Of a stretch of DNA of 64,000 nt, positions 37,235-46,859 are shown piece by piece. Origin of the DNA: a bacterium (GTDB lineage: Bacteria > Oederibacteriota > PGYV01 > Palsa-1178); contig JBAXIL010000003.1 of NCBI GenBank assembly GCA_037138355.1, positions 13,065-77,064 on the forward strand. Reading direction: 5' to 3'. A model generated the notes under the pieces. It did not search any database. It was given only the letters and a program-made list of their open reading frames with translations, and was not told the origin of the DNA. The number at the start of each line of letters is the position of its first letter. The stretch's first letter is position 1. A program made the translations under genes and the position numbers.

Positions 37235-38926
37235 TTATTCCCTATATTTATTTGTTATTGGCATTCTTCTATCTCTACCAAAAGCTTTTGGTGTAATCTT
37301 TATACCTGGAGGGGCTTGTCTTCTCTTATATTCGTTAATATCAATCAAGCGTATAACTCTACGAAGAATCTCATCATCATATTTTCCTTTTAAATCACCA
37401 TAAGTCTTATCATTTTCCACATAATCTTCAATTATTTTATCTAACACTTCGTATTCCGGTAATGAATCAGAATCTTTTTGATTAAATTTAAGCTCCGCTG
37501 TTGGGGCTTTATTTATTATATTTTCTGGAATAAGTTGCTTTCCTGCTTTATTATTTATCATTTTTGATATTCTATAAACAAGTGTTTTAGGAACATCCTT
37601 TATAACCGCAAATCCACCTGCCATATCTCCGTATAAAGTAGCATAGCCAGTTGACATTTCACTTTTATTCCCAGTTGTTAGTACAAGCCAGTTAAATTTA
37701 TTAGATAAAGCCATATTTATATTTCCGCGTATTCTTGCCTGAAGATTTTCTTCCGTAGTATCTGTTTTGGTGTTTTTGAACTCATGTTTTAAGTGTCCAA
37801 GCAGTGTGTCCACAGTTTCCTGTATGTCTATATTTTTCATTTTAATTTTAAGATTATTTGATAATTGTTCAGCATCATCATGAGATTCCACTGAAGAAAA
37901 CTTAGACGGCATAAAAACGAGATTTACATTTTCTGCCCCTAAAGCATCTGCCGCTATAACAGCCACAAGTGCTGAATCAATTCCACCGCTCAAACCCAAT
38001 ACCACCTTTTTGAAACCATTCTTTTTCACATAATCATGCGTACCCATAACTAATGCTTCATACACTTCCTCTTCCAAAGAAAAAGGTTCATATTTTTCTG
38101 GTTGTAATATTTTTGTTTTTTCCACACTAACTTGCAGCTTCTCTTTTTTTATCTTATTGTTTGAAGGAAGTTCAAAAACCATATCTTTTTCCTTAAACTG
38201 CGATCCGTGTAATAGTATAGAACCTTTTTCATTTATAACGAGACTATGACCATCAAATACAAGTTCATCCTGTCCGCCTACTAAATTACAATAAACAATA
38301 ATAACCCCATATTTTTTAGCTTGTTTTTTAAAAACATCTGTCCTTTCTTTCCATTTTTCCATATGATAAGGAGAAGCGCTCATATTTATCAAAAAATCCA
38401 TTTTCCTTTTTTGCTTTTCAAGAACAGCACATGGCTGCCATAAATCCTCGCATATAGAAAGTCCCATATTGGTACCTTTCACCTTGAAAATAAGTCCTTT
38501 ATTACCTGCCTTAAAATATCTTTTTTCATCAAAGACACCATAATTAGGAAGATTTATCTTGTCATAAGATGCCAGTATTTTACCATCTGCCAATACAGCT
38601 GCAGAATTATATAGACCATCTTTTTTTGAATTAACATACCCCACTACGGCTGTAATACCCCTTGTTTCATAAGCTATTTCCTTAAGTGCCTTTAAATTGC
38701 TATCAACGAACCTTTTTTTATGCAGAAGATCTTCAGGGGGATACCCCGTAATCGTCATTTCTGGAAATATTATTATATCCGCTCCAGCGCGCGAAGCTTC
38801 TTTTATTTTGTGTATAATAAGATTTTTATTGCCGCTTATATCTCCAACGGTTATATTCAGCTGCGCAAGAAAAAACCTTATTTTATTTTTTTTATCTTTC
38901 AACAAACTTTCTCCTTTTATTACCAC
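37235..38926 (-). CDS. nadE: Glutamine-dependent NAD+ synthetase (N-terminal CN-hydrolase/nitrilase domain plus C-terminal NAD synthetase domain).
   Basis: CN hydrolase (IIFPEMTITGYPPEDL, catalytic Cys in GLSICEDLW). PP-loop GLSGGIDS. 563 aa. Confidence 0.9.
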   Translation of the reverse strand: MVIKGESLLKDKKNKIRFFLAQLNITVGDISGNKNLIIHKIKEASRAGADIIIFPEMTITGYPPEDLLHKKRFVDSNLKALKEIAYETRGITAVVGYVNSKKDGLYNSAAVLADGKILASYDKINLPNYGVFDEKRYFKAGNKGLIFKVKGTNMGLSICEDLWQPCAVLEKQKRKMDFLINMSASPYHMEKWKERTDVFKKQAKKYGVIIVYCNLVGGQDELVFDGHSLVINEKGSILLHGSQFKEKDMVFELPSNNKIKKEKLQVSVEKTKILQPEKYEPFSLEEEVYEALVMGTHDYVKKNGFKKVVLGLSGGIDSALVAVIAADALGAENVNLVFMPSKFSSVESHDDAEQLSNNLKIKMKNIDIQETVDTLLGHLKHEFKNTKTDTTEENLQARIRGNINMALSNKFNWLVLTTGNKSEMSTGYATLYGDMAGGFAVIKDVPKTLVYRISKMINNKAGKQLIPENIINKAPTAELKFNQKDSDSLPEYEVLDKIIEDYVENDKTYGDLKGKYDDEILRRVIRLIDINEYKRRQAPPGIKITPKAFGRDRRMPITNKYRE

Positions 38927-38960
38927 ATCAAATCATTTTTCCAAAAGCTATTACAATACG

Positions 38961-40163
38961 CTAAACTTTTTCATAAGGATCAAATAGTTTTTTATATTCT
39001 TCAAGTATAAACCTGTCCGTCATACCAGCAATATAATCGCAAATGACGCGTCTTATAGAATCTTTTCCAAGCCTTTTTCTGGCTTCAGGTGGAAGTATGG
39101 ACGACTCAACTCCTCTTTTGTCAATTACAGAACCACGCTTGTCATATATCATAAATAGTTCTTCTATTATTTTTTCTGCCTTATATTCCATTCTTATAAC
39201 CTTGTAGTGCTTGTAAAAATTTTTATACAAAAACTCCTTTAAATTTTTGTGTGTTTTTACCATATCATCATCAAACTCAACTAAACTTTTTTTATGAGCT
39301 CTCACTTTTTCAACAGAATCTATCTCATATTTTTTTATATTTGATAAGGTATTTTCAACTAAGTTTGTAATTTGAAGGTTTATTAAAGCTCTACATATAT
39401 TATATTTTTTCATATCAAGTGGAAGGCTATCAAATTTATTCTTATCTAAAGTCTTTTCTATTTTTCCCCAGATTACTGTTTCTTTTAACATTTCCACACT
39501 TAGTATTCCTGATGTAATTCCGTCATCCATATCATGTGAGTTATAAGCTATCTCATCTGCTAAGTTTACTATTTGTGCTTCCATAGTTGGAGATAGGTGT
39601 GGATCATAATCTTTACATGCTGGATTATCATACTCTGTAGAATGTTTTATTATTCCTTCTTTTGTTTCCCATGTAAGGTTTATACCATCAAAATCAGGAT
39701 ATTTTTGTTCTAATTCATGTAGGACTCTCAAGCTCTGCTTATTATGCTCAAATCCGCCATCTTCTTTCATTAATCTATTTAATACCGTTTCTCCAGAGTG
39801 TCCAAACGGGGTATGTCCAATATCATGTGCAAGTGCGATTGACTCAGTTAATTCTTCATTCAAACGAAGCGTTTTTGCTACACTTCTCGCAATCTGTGCT
39901 ACTTCACTTGTGTGAGTTAACCTCGTCCGGTAATAATCGCCTTCAAGATTTACAAATACCTGCGTTTTATATTCAAGCCTTCTAAAAGCAGTGGAGTGTA
40001 TTATTCTATCCCTATCTCTCTGATATACTGATCGAAATGGGTGTTCTTCTTCTTTATAGGTACGCCCTTTGGTCTGTGAGCTTTTCATGGCATAATTGGC
40101 AAGAGTATTTTCTTCAAACTCTTCAAGTTTTTTTCTTGTAAGCAGATACTGATTTTCTTTCAT
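38961..40163 (-). CDS. dgt: dGTP triphosphohydrolase-like HD-domain protein.
   Basis: SVYQRDRDRIIHSTAFRRLEYKTQVF and HTRLTHTSEVAQIAR...HDIGHTPFGH HD motifs. 400 aa. Confidence 0.85.
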   Translation of the reverse strand: MKENQYLLTRKKLEEFEENTLANYAMKSSQTKGRTYKEEEHPFRSVYQRDRDRIIHSTAFRRLEYKTQVFVNLEGDYYRTRLTHTSEVAQIARSVAKTLRLNEELTESIALAHDIGHTPFGHSGETVLNRLMKEDGGFEHNKQSLRVLHELEQKYPDFDGINLTWETKEGIIKHSTEYDNPACKDYDPHLSPTMEAQIVNLADEIAYNSHDMDDGITSGILSVEMLKETVIWGKIEKTLDKNKFDSLPLDMKKYNICRALINLQITNLVENTLSNIKKYEIDSVEKVRAHKKSLVEFDDDMVKTHKNLKEFLYKNFYKHYKVIRMEYKAEKIIEELFMIYDKRGSVIDKRGVESSILPPEARKRLGKDSIRRVICDYIAGMTDRFILEEYKKLFDPYEKV

Positions 40164-40352
40164 TTTGACTCCTAATAAACGAGGTTTGAACTATCCCCTA
40201 TGTAATAAATCAATCGATAATATATTGATTATACACTGCTCACTTCCTGCTTGCAAGTTGTAAATGTCCATATATGTAAGTATTAACCTATAAAAAATTC
40301 AAGTGAAGTATAATTTATTATTTTTTTTTAATACAATTGAAAAACTAATGAA

Positions 40353-42557
40353 CTATAATTTTTCCAGGTTTGCTAATTTTGCTGACAAAAGTTTTTTTCC
40401 ATCATGACGGAATAAAATCGTGACATATACATCATCTCCGCGTAGTTCCGCCTTCAATATGGTACCTTGTCCATATTTTTTGTGTTTTACTTTTTGGCCT
40501 GGTATATATTGTGCTTCTGCCGGTTCATCATCATAAATAATTGTCGAGTCTGTATTTTGATTAGAAACCAGCGTCTCGTCATCTGGGCCATTTCCATAAT
40601 ATTTTTCATGCGTTTGTTTTACAGGCAATCTACCTTTGCGTTCTAAAATATCCTCAGGTATCTCATCTACAAATCTTGATATTTTCGCCCTATTTGTTTC
40701 TCCAAACTGCTTACGAGATACTGCACTCATTATATATAATTTTTTTCTCGCCCTTGTTATAGCCACATACGCCAACCTGCGTTCTTCTTCTATCCCACCT
40801 GGTTCATCTATGGAATTTCTGTGTGGAAATATACCTTCGTCCATACCTGTCAAAAATACAAGGTCAAATTCAAGACCTTTTGCACTATGTATAGTCATGA
40901 GTGTGACGGCCTCTTCATTTTCATCAAGTTTGTCCACTTGAGACATTAGAGCCACCTGCTGAAGAAAGTCATCTAAAGTTGCGTCCTTTTTTTCGTCTTC
41001 ATATTCTGCCATAGCTGAGACAAGTTCCTTTACATTCTCAATTCTTTCTTTTGCCTTAGGAGTATGATCGCTTTCCCAATGGCTTATGTAACCTGTCTCC
41101 GTTAATATCCTTGCCATTATTTCTTTTAACCTAATAGTATCTTTATGTTTATTCATTGACATCATAAAATCATGAAAACTTTTCAATGCAGTTTTTGCAG
41201 CACCTTTCACATCCACCATTGCATCTGATTTTTCCATAGCCTCAAAAAATGATAAATTATGTTGAAAAGCAAAAGCTTCGAGCTTATCAACTGTAGTATC
41301 ACTAATTCCACGCGGTGGAACATTTATTATTCGTTTTGTTGACAAAACATCACGGGGATTTGAAATAACCCGCAAATATGCAAGCATATCTTTTATTTCC
41401 ATTCTGCCATAAAAAGACAGGCCACCAATTAACTTATATCTGACACCAGCTCTGATAAACCGTTCTTCAATAACTCGTGACTGCGCATTAGTTCTATAAA
41501 ACACTGCTATATCTTTCAATTTTATATCATTATTATTGATAGTTTTATATATTTCTTTTATCACAGTCTCTGCTTCCATAACTTCATTCTCTAAATAATA
41601 AAATGTTATTTTTTCACCTATATCATTCTCTGTCCAAAGTTCTTTACCTTTTCTTCCTTCATTATTTTTGATAACAGCATGCGCAGCTTTTAGTATAGTT
41701 TTAGTAGAACGATAATTTTGTTCCAACCTTATTACTTTAGTATTCTTATAATCTTCTTCAAATTCCAATATATTGGTTATGTCTGCTCCGCGAAAACGAT
41801 ATATTGACTGGTCGTCATCTCCAACAACACAAATATTTTTATATTTCTCAGCTAACATTGATATGAGTGTGTATTGAGAATTATTGATATCTTGATACTC
41901 ATCTATTAATATATATTTAAATTTTTCCCTATAGGCCTCGAGAATACTTGGATTTTTCTTAAGTAATTCAATTGGTTTAGATATCAAATCATCAAAATCC
42001 ACAGCATTATTTTTAGCAAGCTTGAATTCGCTTAAAGCATACACCCTTGCTATGGCTTTGGATTCATAATCATCTGCATATAAATCTTCAAACTGTTTTG
42101 GGGATAAAAGTTCGTTTTTAATTGAGGATATGCGTTTTATAATTTCATATGGTCGCATTTCTTTATCTGAAACTTTTACCTCATGCATGCATTCCTTAAT
42201 AAGTCTTTCCCTGTCATCCTCATCATATATGGAAAAACTTTTTGTATAACCAAGTCGTTCTGCGTGAGCCCTTAGTATTCTACATCCCAAAGAATGAAAA
42301 GTTGACATAAATATCTTGTCTGCCTCTTTGCCCACTGCTTTTTTGATACGCAGCTTCATTTCCTGAGCGGCCTTATTGGTAAATGTAACAGCAAGAATAT
42401 TTTCAGGTTTTACACTATGTTCTTTAAGTAAGTTTGCTATGCGATAAGTAATTACCCTGGTTTTGCCACTACCTGCACCAGCAAGTATCAGTATAGGACC
42501 ATCTTTATGGCACACAGCTTCGTATTGTTCTTTATTCATTATTTTTTTTATATCCAT
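40353..42557 (-). CDS. pcrA: ATP-dependent DNA helicase PcrA/UvrD (superfamily 1).
   Basis: AGAGSGKTRVITYRIA (motif I), VDEYQDIN (II), TNYRS, IHSAKGLEFD, VAITRARKKLY. 734 aa. Confidence 0.93.
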   Translation of the reverse strand: MDIKKIMNKEQYEAVCHKDGPILILAGAGSGKTRVITYRIANLLKEHSVKPENILAVTFTNKAAQEMKLRIKKAVGKEADKIFMSTFHSLGCRILRAHAERLGYTKSFSIYDEDDRERLIKECMHEVKVSDKEMRPYEIIKRISSIKNELLSPKQFEDLYADDYESKAIARVYALSEFKLAKNNAVDFDDLISKPIELLKKNPSILEAYREKFKYILIDEYQDINNSQYTLISMLAEKYKNICVVGDDDQSIYRFRGADITNILEFEEDYKNTKVIRLEQNYRSTKTILKAAHAVIKNNEGRKGKELWTENDIGEKITFYYLENEVMEAETVIKEIYKTINNNDIKLKDIAVFYRTNAQSRVIEERFIRAGVRYKLIGGLSFYGRMEIKDMLAYLRVISNPRDVLSTKRIINVPPRGISDTTVDKLEAFAFQHNLSFFEAMEKSDAMVDVKGAAKTALKSFHDFMMSMNKHKDTIRLKEIMARILTETGYISHWESDHTPKAKERIENVKELVSAMAEYEDEKKDATLDDFLQQVALMSQVDKLDENEEAVTLMTIHSAKGLEFDLVFLTGMDEGIFPHRNSIDEPGGIEEERRLAYVAITRARKKLYIMSAVSRKQFGETNRAKISRFVDEIPEDILERKGRLPVKQTHEKYYGNGPDDETLVSNQNTDSTIIYDDEPAEAQYIPGQKVKHKKYGQGTILKAELRGDDVYVTILFRHDGKKLLSAKLANLEKL

Positions 42558-42650
42558 GATTTCCTTTTTCTTGTATGAGTATTTTAAGTAGATTAAATAT
42601 TTTTTTGAAAATATAACTTGAATGATTATATAAGTGTTTTGGCTTTTGTC

Positions 42651-42683
42651 AATAAAAGAAAAAGAGCGGCAATGTCCGCTCTC
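42651..42683 (-). terminator. Intrinsic terminator downstream of the small HTH protein gene (minus strand).
   Basis: Minus strand reads GAGCGG-ACATTG-CCGCTC followed by TTTTTCTTTTATT. Confidence 0.65.
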
Positions 42684-42704
42684 CTTACAAAATTGAATAT
42701 AATA

Positions 42705-42902
42705 TTATTGTTTAATTGATTTTAGTTTTAGCACGCCAGAGTGAACTAATGACATAATAGTAACTGTAGATACGCCTGTTTTTAAAGAGACATCCATAAC
42801 CGAAGCCATAGGATTCTTATTTAAATATTCTTTTACCTTTTTAATATCAGGTAAATTATTTTCCTGTATGAATTTCCTAACTTTATCCCTGTCATTATTC
42901 AT
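42705..42902 (-). CDS. Small hypothetical protein (65 aa) with a possible helix-turn-helix (SVMDVSLKTGVSTVTIMSLVHSG).
   Basis: Last gene before a terminator at the end of the long minus-strand operon. No family recognised. Confidence 0.4.
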   Translation of the reverse strand: MNNDRDKVRKFIQENNLPDIKKVKEYLNKNPMASVMDVSLKTGVSTVTIMSLVHSGVLKLKSIKQ

Positions 42903-42949
42903 TATTTACCCTTTCAAATTATTTGAGCCTTGTTGTTCATTACAAAAAC

Positions 42950-43510
42950 TTAAAATATTTTCAAATGCTCAATTAATATCTTAACACCTATTCCTATCAA
43001 AATCAACCCTCCAAGAATTTCAGCACGCCTACCAAACATTTGACCTACTTTTTTACCAATTGCCCCACCTAAAAGCGTAAATGCAAATGAAACCGATCCA
43101 ATTAAAACAACTGGTATTAACATATCATATTTCATTACAGAAAAACTTACACCCACTGCCAGTGCATCTATGCTCGTTGCAAAAGACAACCATATGAGTG
43201 CTTTTCCAGTAGTATAATCACTTTTTCCCTCACTGTTTTTTTCTAAACCCTCTTTTAACATTTTAGTTCCTATTAGTACAAGCAAACCAAAGGCAATCCA
43301 ATGATCAAAGTTTTTTATCAGTGCTATAAAACTATTTCCAGCCAACCACCCAAATAAAGTCATGAGTGACTGGAAAATACCAAATAATAAACCCATAGAT
43401 AAAAGATTATTTAACTTAAAACCCTTTCCCGTTGTGCCTGCTGATATTGCTACCGCAAAACAATCCATAGCAAGTCCAATTGAAATAAGAATCATTGTAA
43501 GTAAGTCCAT
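42950..43510 (-). CDS. mntP: Manganese efflux pump MntP (DUF204/LysE-like).
   Basis: MDLLTMILISIGLAMDCFAVAISAG... with the duplicated DxxAV(G) motif (SIDALAVGVSF). 6 TM. 186 aa. Confidence 0.85.
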   Translation of the reverse strand: MDLLTMILISIGLAMDCFAVAISAGTTGKGFKLNNLLSMGLLFGIFQSLMTLFGWLAGNSFIALIKNFDHWIAFGLLVLIGTKMLKEGLEKNSEGKSDYTTGKALIWLSFATSIDALAVGVSFSVMKYDMLIPVVLIGSVSFAFTLLGGAIGKKVGQMFGRRAEILGGLILIGIGVKILIEHLKIF

Positions 43511-43525
43511 TAATACCTCTCTTCA

Positions 43526-44479
43526 TTAATTGGCGAGTTTCACCGTCTTCGAAAGTTCGCCTAAATCATTTGTATTAAGCGAGCGTTTTCCGCTATCACG
43601 CTTTCTTGACATGCGTGATAAAAATGTCCCTGGCCCTATTTCTACAAATGTATTAACTGCATTTTTTAACATAGTTTCCAAACTTAAATCTATTCGTGAA
43701 GGTTTGAAAATATAATCAGTAAACTTCTCTTTGATTTCCTGTACATTATCATAATAATTTCCTGTTGTTTGGCAAATTATACGCTGCTTTGGTTTGTCCA
43801 TAGGTATTTTTTTAAAAACTTCCTTTAATCTATCTGCTATTGGCTTTAATATAGAAAAACAAGCCGACTCTTCATGTGGTATATTAATAACTGATCCGTT
43901 TAATTTTTTAAATAATTCAGTTAATTTATCCTTATCCTTAGTCTCACAAACTATAATGGTAGAATCTTTTCCATTGTATGATACTATTTCTGCCTTAACT
44001 GTGTTTTTCAACTCTGAGATAACCTTTTCAACCTGCATTACCTGCACAGTATTTATGAGCAAATGTTGAAAAAAACCTTTACCCACTTCATCACTAATCA
44101 TTTGTTTTTTAACAAAAAGAAAATCAATGGCATTATCAAAAGATATTGCTTCGGAACACACAAGAGCCATTAGCTCTCCAGCTTTATACCCAAACATTTG
44201 TTCAGGCATAACTTTGTAATCTTTTAAAATATCAAAAATACCTCTCTGATAAACAGCATTTATTATGATTCCATTTTCTTCAAGCATAAGCTCTTCCACA
44301 GGTCCTAAAAATGAGAGTTTATTTATCTTAAAATCACTATATTTTTTTTCTACTTTATCGTAGTACTGCCTCATAATCCAAGATGAATCATATGCTTTTT
44401 TGCCGAGGCTCACATACTGATATCCAGCGCCAGTAAACATATAACCTATAGCTGCCAAAATATACCTCCTAAAATGCAC
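43526..44479 (-). CDS. FabD-fold (malonyl-CoA:ACP transacylase-like) protein with a substituted active site: the GHSxG nucleophile elbow reads GYKAG.
   Basis: Colinear with FabD. FTGAGYQ vs FPGQGSQ. MFGYKAGELMALVCSEAISFDNAI vs MAGHSLGEYSALVCAGVIDFADAV. EIGPGTFLSRM vs EVGPGKVLTGL. Ser92-equivalent is Lys, Arg117-equivalent is Lys. Confidence 0.65.
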   Translation of the reverse strand: MHFRRYILAAIGYMFTGAGYQYVSLGKKAYDSSWIMRQYYDKVEKKYSDFKINKLSFLGPVEELMLEENGIIINAVYQRGIFDILKDYKVMPEQMFGYKAGELMALVCSEAISFDNAIDFLFVKKQMISDEVGKGFFQHLLINTVQVMQVEKVISELKNTVKAEIVSYNGKDSTIIVCETKDKDKLTELFKKLNGSVINIPHEESACFSILKPIADRLKEVFKKIPMDKPKQRIICQTTGNYYDNVQEIKEKFTDYIFKPSRIDLSLETMLKNAVNTFVEIGPGTFLSRMSRKRDSGKRSLNTNDLGELSKTVKLAN

Positions 44480-44482
44480 CTT

Positions 44483-45160
44483 CTATTTTTTAGTTATGAC
44501 TACCATTCCAAAATCACCTAAAGGAAGATTTATCTTTTCTAATACATCATCCGCAAATGGAAATAAATAACCAACCGTAATAGGCATATAAAGCGTATAT
44601 TTTACAGTATATTTATAACTGATATCCTTAACTCCCAAAGCTTCCTTTATTATGGTTGTTATTTCAGTCCCTGATAAAGGTGCCGAATCATTATAAACAG
44701 CCCTACGCTCTCTCACTTTAAATATTTTTGAAAGAGAGTTTTTATTCAGAAAACCTATTGCCACTTTTTTTGCTGCTACCCGAAAAGCTTCTTTTAAAGC
44801 GGCTTTTTTATCAAACGCAAATCCAAAAGTGTTCATAAATATAACATTATCAAAAGAACCGTTTCCAAGAGGCAATTTTTCATACGGACACCTAATAAGC
44901 TGTTCATTTTTTATAGTGGATTTCTGTCGAGCTTTTTTTATAAGTTCTTCAACTGGTTCTACTCCTACTGCTTCAAGACCTAAATCACACAAATATTCAA
45001 GGTTTCTTCCTGTGCCGCAGCCTATTTCTAATACACGCTCACTTCTTTTAAAACGAATACTATTAATAAGCAATTCTTTTTCTTTGTCATCTGTGTACAT
45101 CCCTGCAGGTGACAAAAACCATCTCTCATAATTTGAAACTATATCGCGTTCTACAACCAT
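44483..45160 (-). CDS. Class I SAM-dependent methyltransferase (Methyltransf_11/UbiE-like).
   Basis: VLEIGCGTGRNLEYL motif I. GSFDNVIFMNTF post-II. 225 aa. Confidence 0.8.
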   Translation of the reverse strand: MVVERDIVSNYERWFLSPAGMYTDDKEKELLINSIRFKRSERVLEIGCGTGRNLEYLCDLGLEAVGVEPVEELIKKARQKSTIKNEQLIRCPYEKLPLGNGSFDNVIFMNTFGFAFDKKAALKEAFRVAAKKVAIGFLNKNSLSKIFKVRERRAVYNDSAPLSGTEITTIIKEALGVKDISYKYTVKYTLYMPITVGYLFPFADDVLEKINLPLGDFGMVVITKK

Positions 45161-45174
45161 GTATTGTCTCCTGT

Positions 45175-46140
45175 CTATTTTGTTTCCTTAGCCCAGTTAA
45201 TAACATCTCTCAGTCCGTCTTTAAATTGTATCATTGGTTTCCATTTCAACAATTTGGCAGTTTTTGATATATCCGCTTGCATGTGCCTCTGATCGCCAGG
45301 CCGTGCAGTTTTATAAATTACTTTATTTGTTTTTCTGGTTTTTCCAAAACTTTTCAAAGTAATGTCTATTAATTGATTAACCGATACCCTTATACCAGAA
45401 CCTAAATTAAATACTTCATTAAAAGATTTTTTATTATCTATGGCACCAATCCAAGCTTTTGCAACATCACTAATGTGCACATAGTCACGAGATTGTAAAC
45501 CATCACCAAATACTGTAACTGCTTCACCACGCAGTACATTACCTATAAATATTGAAACAACTCCCTGATAAGGATTAGTCAGCGACTGTCTGCGCCCATA
45601 TACATTAAACATTCTAAAAGCAGTAGTATTTAATTTAAACCCCATATCTGTTCTTAAACCTGTGGCTAATACATATCTCTCGCCTGCATATTTTGTAATA
45701 CCATAATATGCAATCGGCCTGGTGCCCATTGTTTCTTTTACTGGTATAGCATCAGGTACTCCATACGAGGTCATGGAAGAAGCATATAATAACCTATTCA
45801 CTTTATACTTTATCGCATAATTAATAATATTTATAGTTCCCAAGACATTTGTATTGAGATCCGCTGCTGGGTCATCAAATGATTTAATTGTTGAAGCACA
45901 ACCAGCTATGTGAAAAATAGCATCTATTTTATTTTTAAATACTTTGTCCAAATCTTTTGGATTCCTAACATCTCCTTTGATAAAGAGAGCTTTGGAATTA
46001 ATATTTTCCTTAAGACCAGTGGAAAGATTATCAACTACAATAACCTTATAACCACTATCTAATAAAGCATCTGTCATATTTGAACCAATAAAACCCGCCC
46101 CACCTGTAACCAATACTGTTTTTTCCATGTTTGCCTCCAT
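45175..46140 (-). CDS. NAD-dependent nucleotide-sugar epimerase (GalE-like SDR; UDP-hexose or UDP-pentose 4-epimerase).
   Basis: VLVTGGAGFIGSN Rossmann. YxxxK (YGITKYAGE). 321 aa. Confidence 0.85.
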   Translation of the reverse strand: MEANMEKTVLVTGGAGFIGSNMTDALLDSGYKVIVVDNLSTGLKENINSKALFIKGDVRNPKDLDKVFKNKIDAIFHIAGCASTIKSFDDPAADLNTNVLGTINIINYAIKYKVNRLLYASSMTSYGVPDAIPVKETMGTRPIAYYGITKYAGERYVLATGLRTDMGFKLNTTAFRMFNVYGRRQSLTNPYQGVVSIFIGNVLRGEAVTVFGDGLQSRDYVHISDVAKAWIGAIDNKKSFNEVFNLGSGIRVSVNQLIDITLKSFGKTRKTNKVIYKTARPGDQRHMQADISKTAKLLKWKPMIQFKDGLRDVINWAKETK

Positions 46141-46160
46141 ATATTAGTAAATATATTAAC

Positions 46161-46859
46161 TCATAACTTAAGTTTTAACTTCCATACTATCCACGCGGCT
46201 TCTAAAATCACTTTTCTTGACATTTTGGAAGACCCTGAGTGGCGGTCAACAAATATTATTGGTATCTCTTTAATTTTGAATGATCTTTCCCATGCTTTAT
46301 AGTGCATTTCTATCTGAAAAGCATAACCATCAGAATGTATTTTATCGAGATCAATTGCTTTTAAAACACTACTTTTATAACACTTAAAACCACTTGTTAA
46401 ATCAGTAAGCGGAAGACCTGTTATTATTTTAGCATATAAGTTCGCAAGTTTTGAAAGCACAAGTCGCCTAAGCGGCCAGTTAACTACTGATAGTCCGTTG
46501 ATATACCTTGAACCTATTACCAAATCATTGGTTTTAAGTGTTTCTATAAAAACAGGTAGATAATTTGGATCATGAGAAAAATCAGCATCCATTTCAAATA
46601 TAATGTCATATTTTTTGGCTAAAGCATACTTAAATCCTTCAACATAAGCAGTTCCCAAACCGAGTTTTTTTGCTCTTTCTATGAGCTTTACTCTTTTATT
46701 TTTTTCCATTATTACTTTTACTGCTGCTCCAGTACCATCAGGAGATTTGTCATCCACAATAAGTATGTCAGCAGCAGGCAGAGTTTTCATTATCATTGGA
46801 ATAAGTTTTTTTATATTATCTTTTTCATTAAAAGTAGGTATTACTATAAGTATTCTCAT
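46161..46859 (-). CDS. GT2-family polyprenol-phosphate glycosyltransferase (Dpm1/ArnC/CsbB-like).
   Basis: ILIVIPTFNEKDNI. DDKSPDGTG. DxD (FEMDADFSHDP). 232 aa soluble GT-A domain, typical of Und-P-sugar synthases. Confidence 0.82.
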   Translation of the reverse strand: MRILIVIPTFNEKDNIKKLIPMIMKTLPAADILIVDDKSPDGTGAAVKVIMEKNKRVKLIERAKKLGLGTAYVEGFKYALAKKYDIIFEMDADFSHDPNYLPVFIETLKTNDLVIGSRYINGLSVVNWPLRRLVLSKLANLYAKIITGLPLTDLTSGFKCYKSSVLKAIDLDKIHSDGYAFQIEMHYKAWERSFKIKEIPIIFVDRHSGSSKMSRKVILEAAWIVWKLKLKL

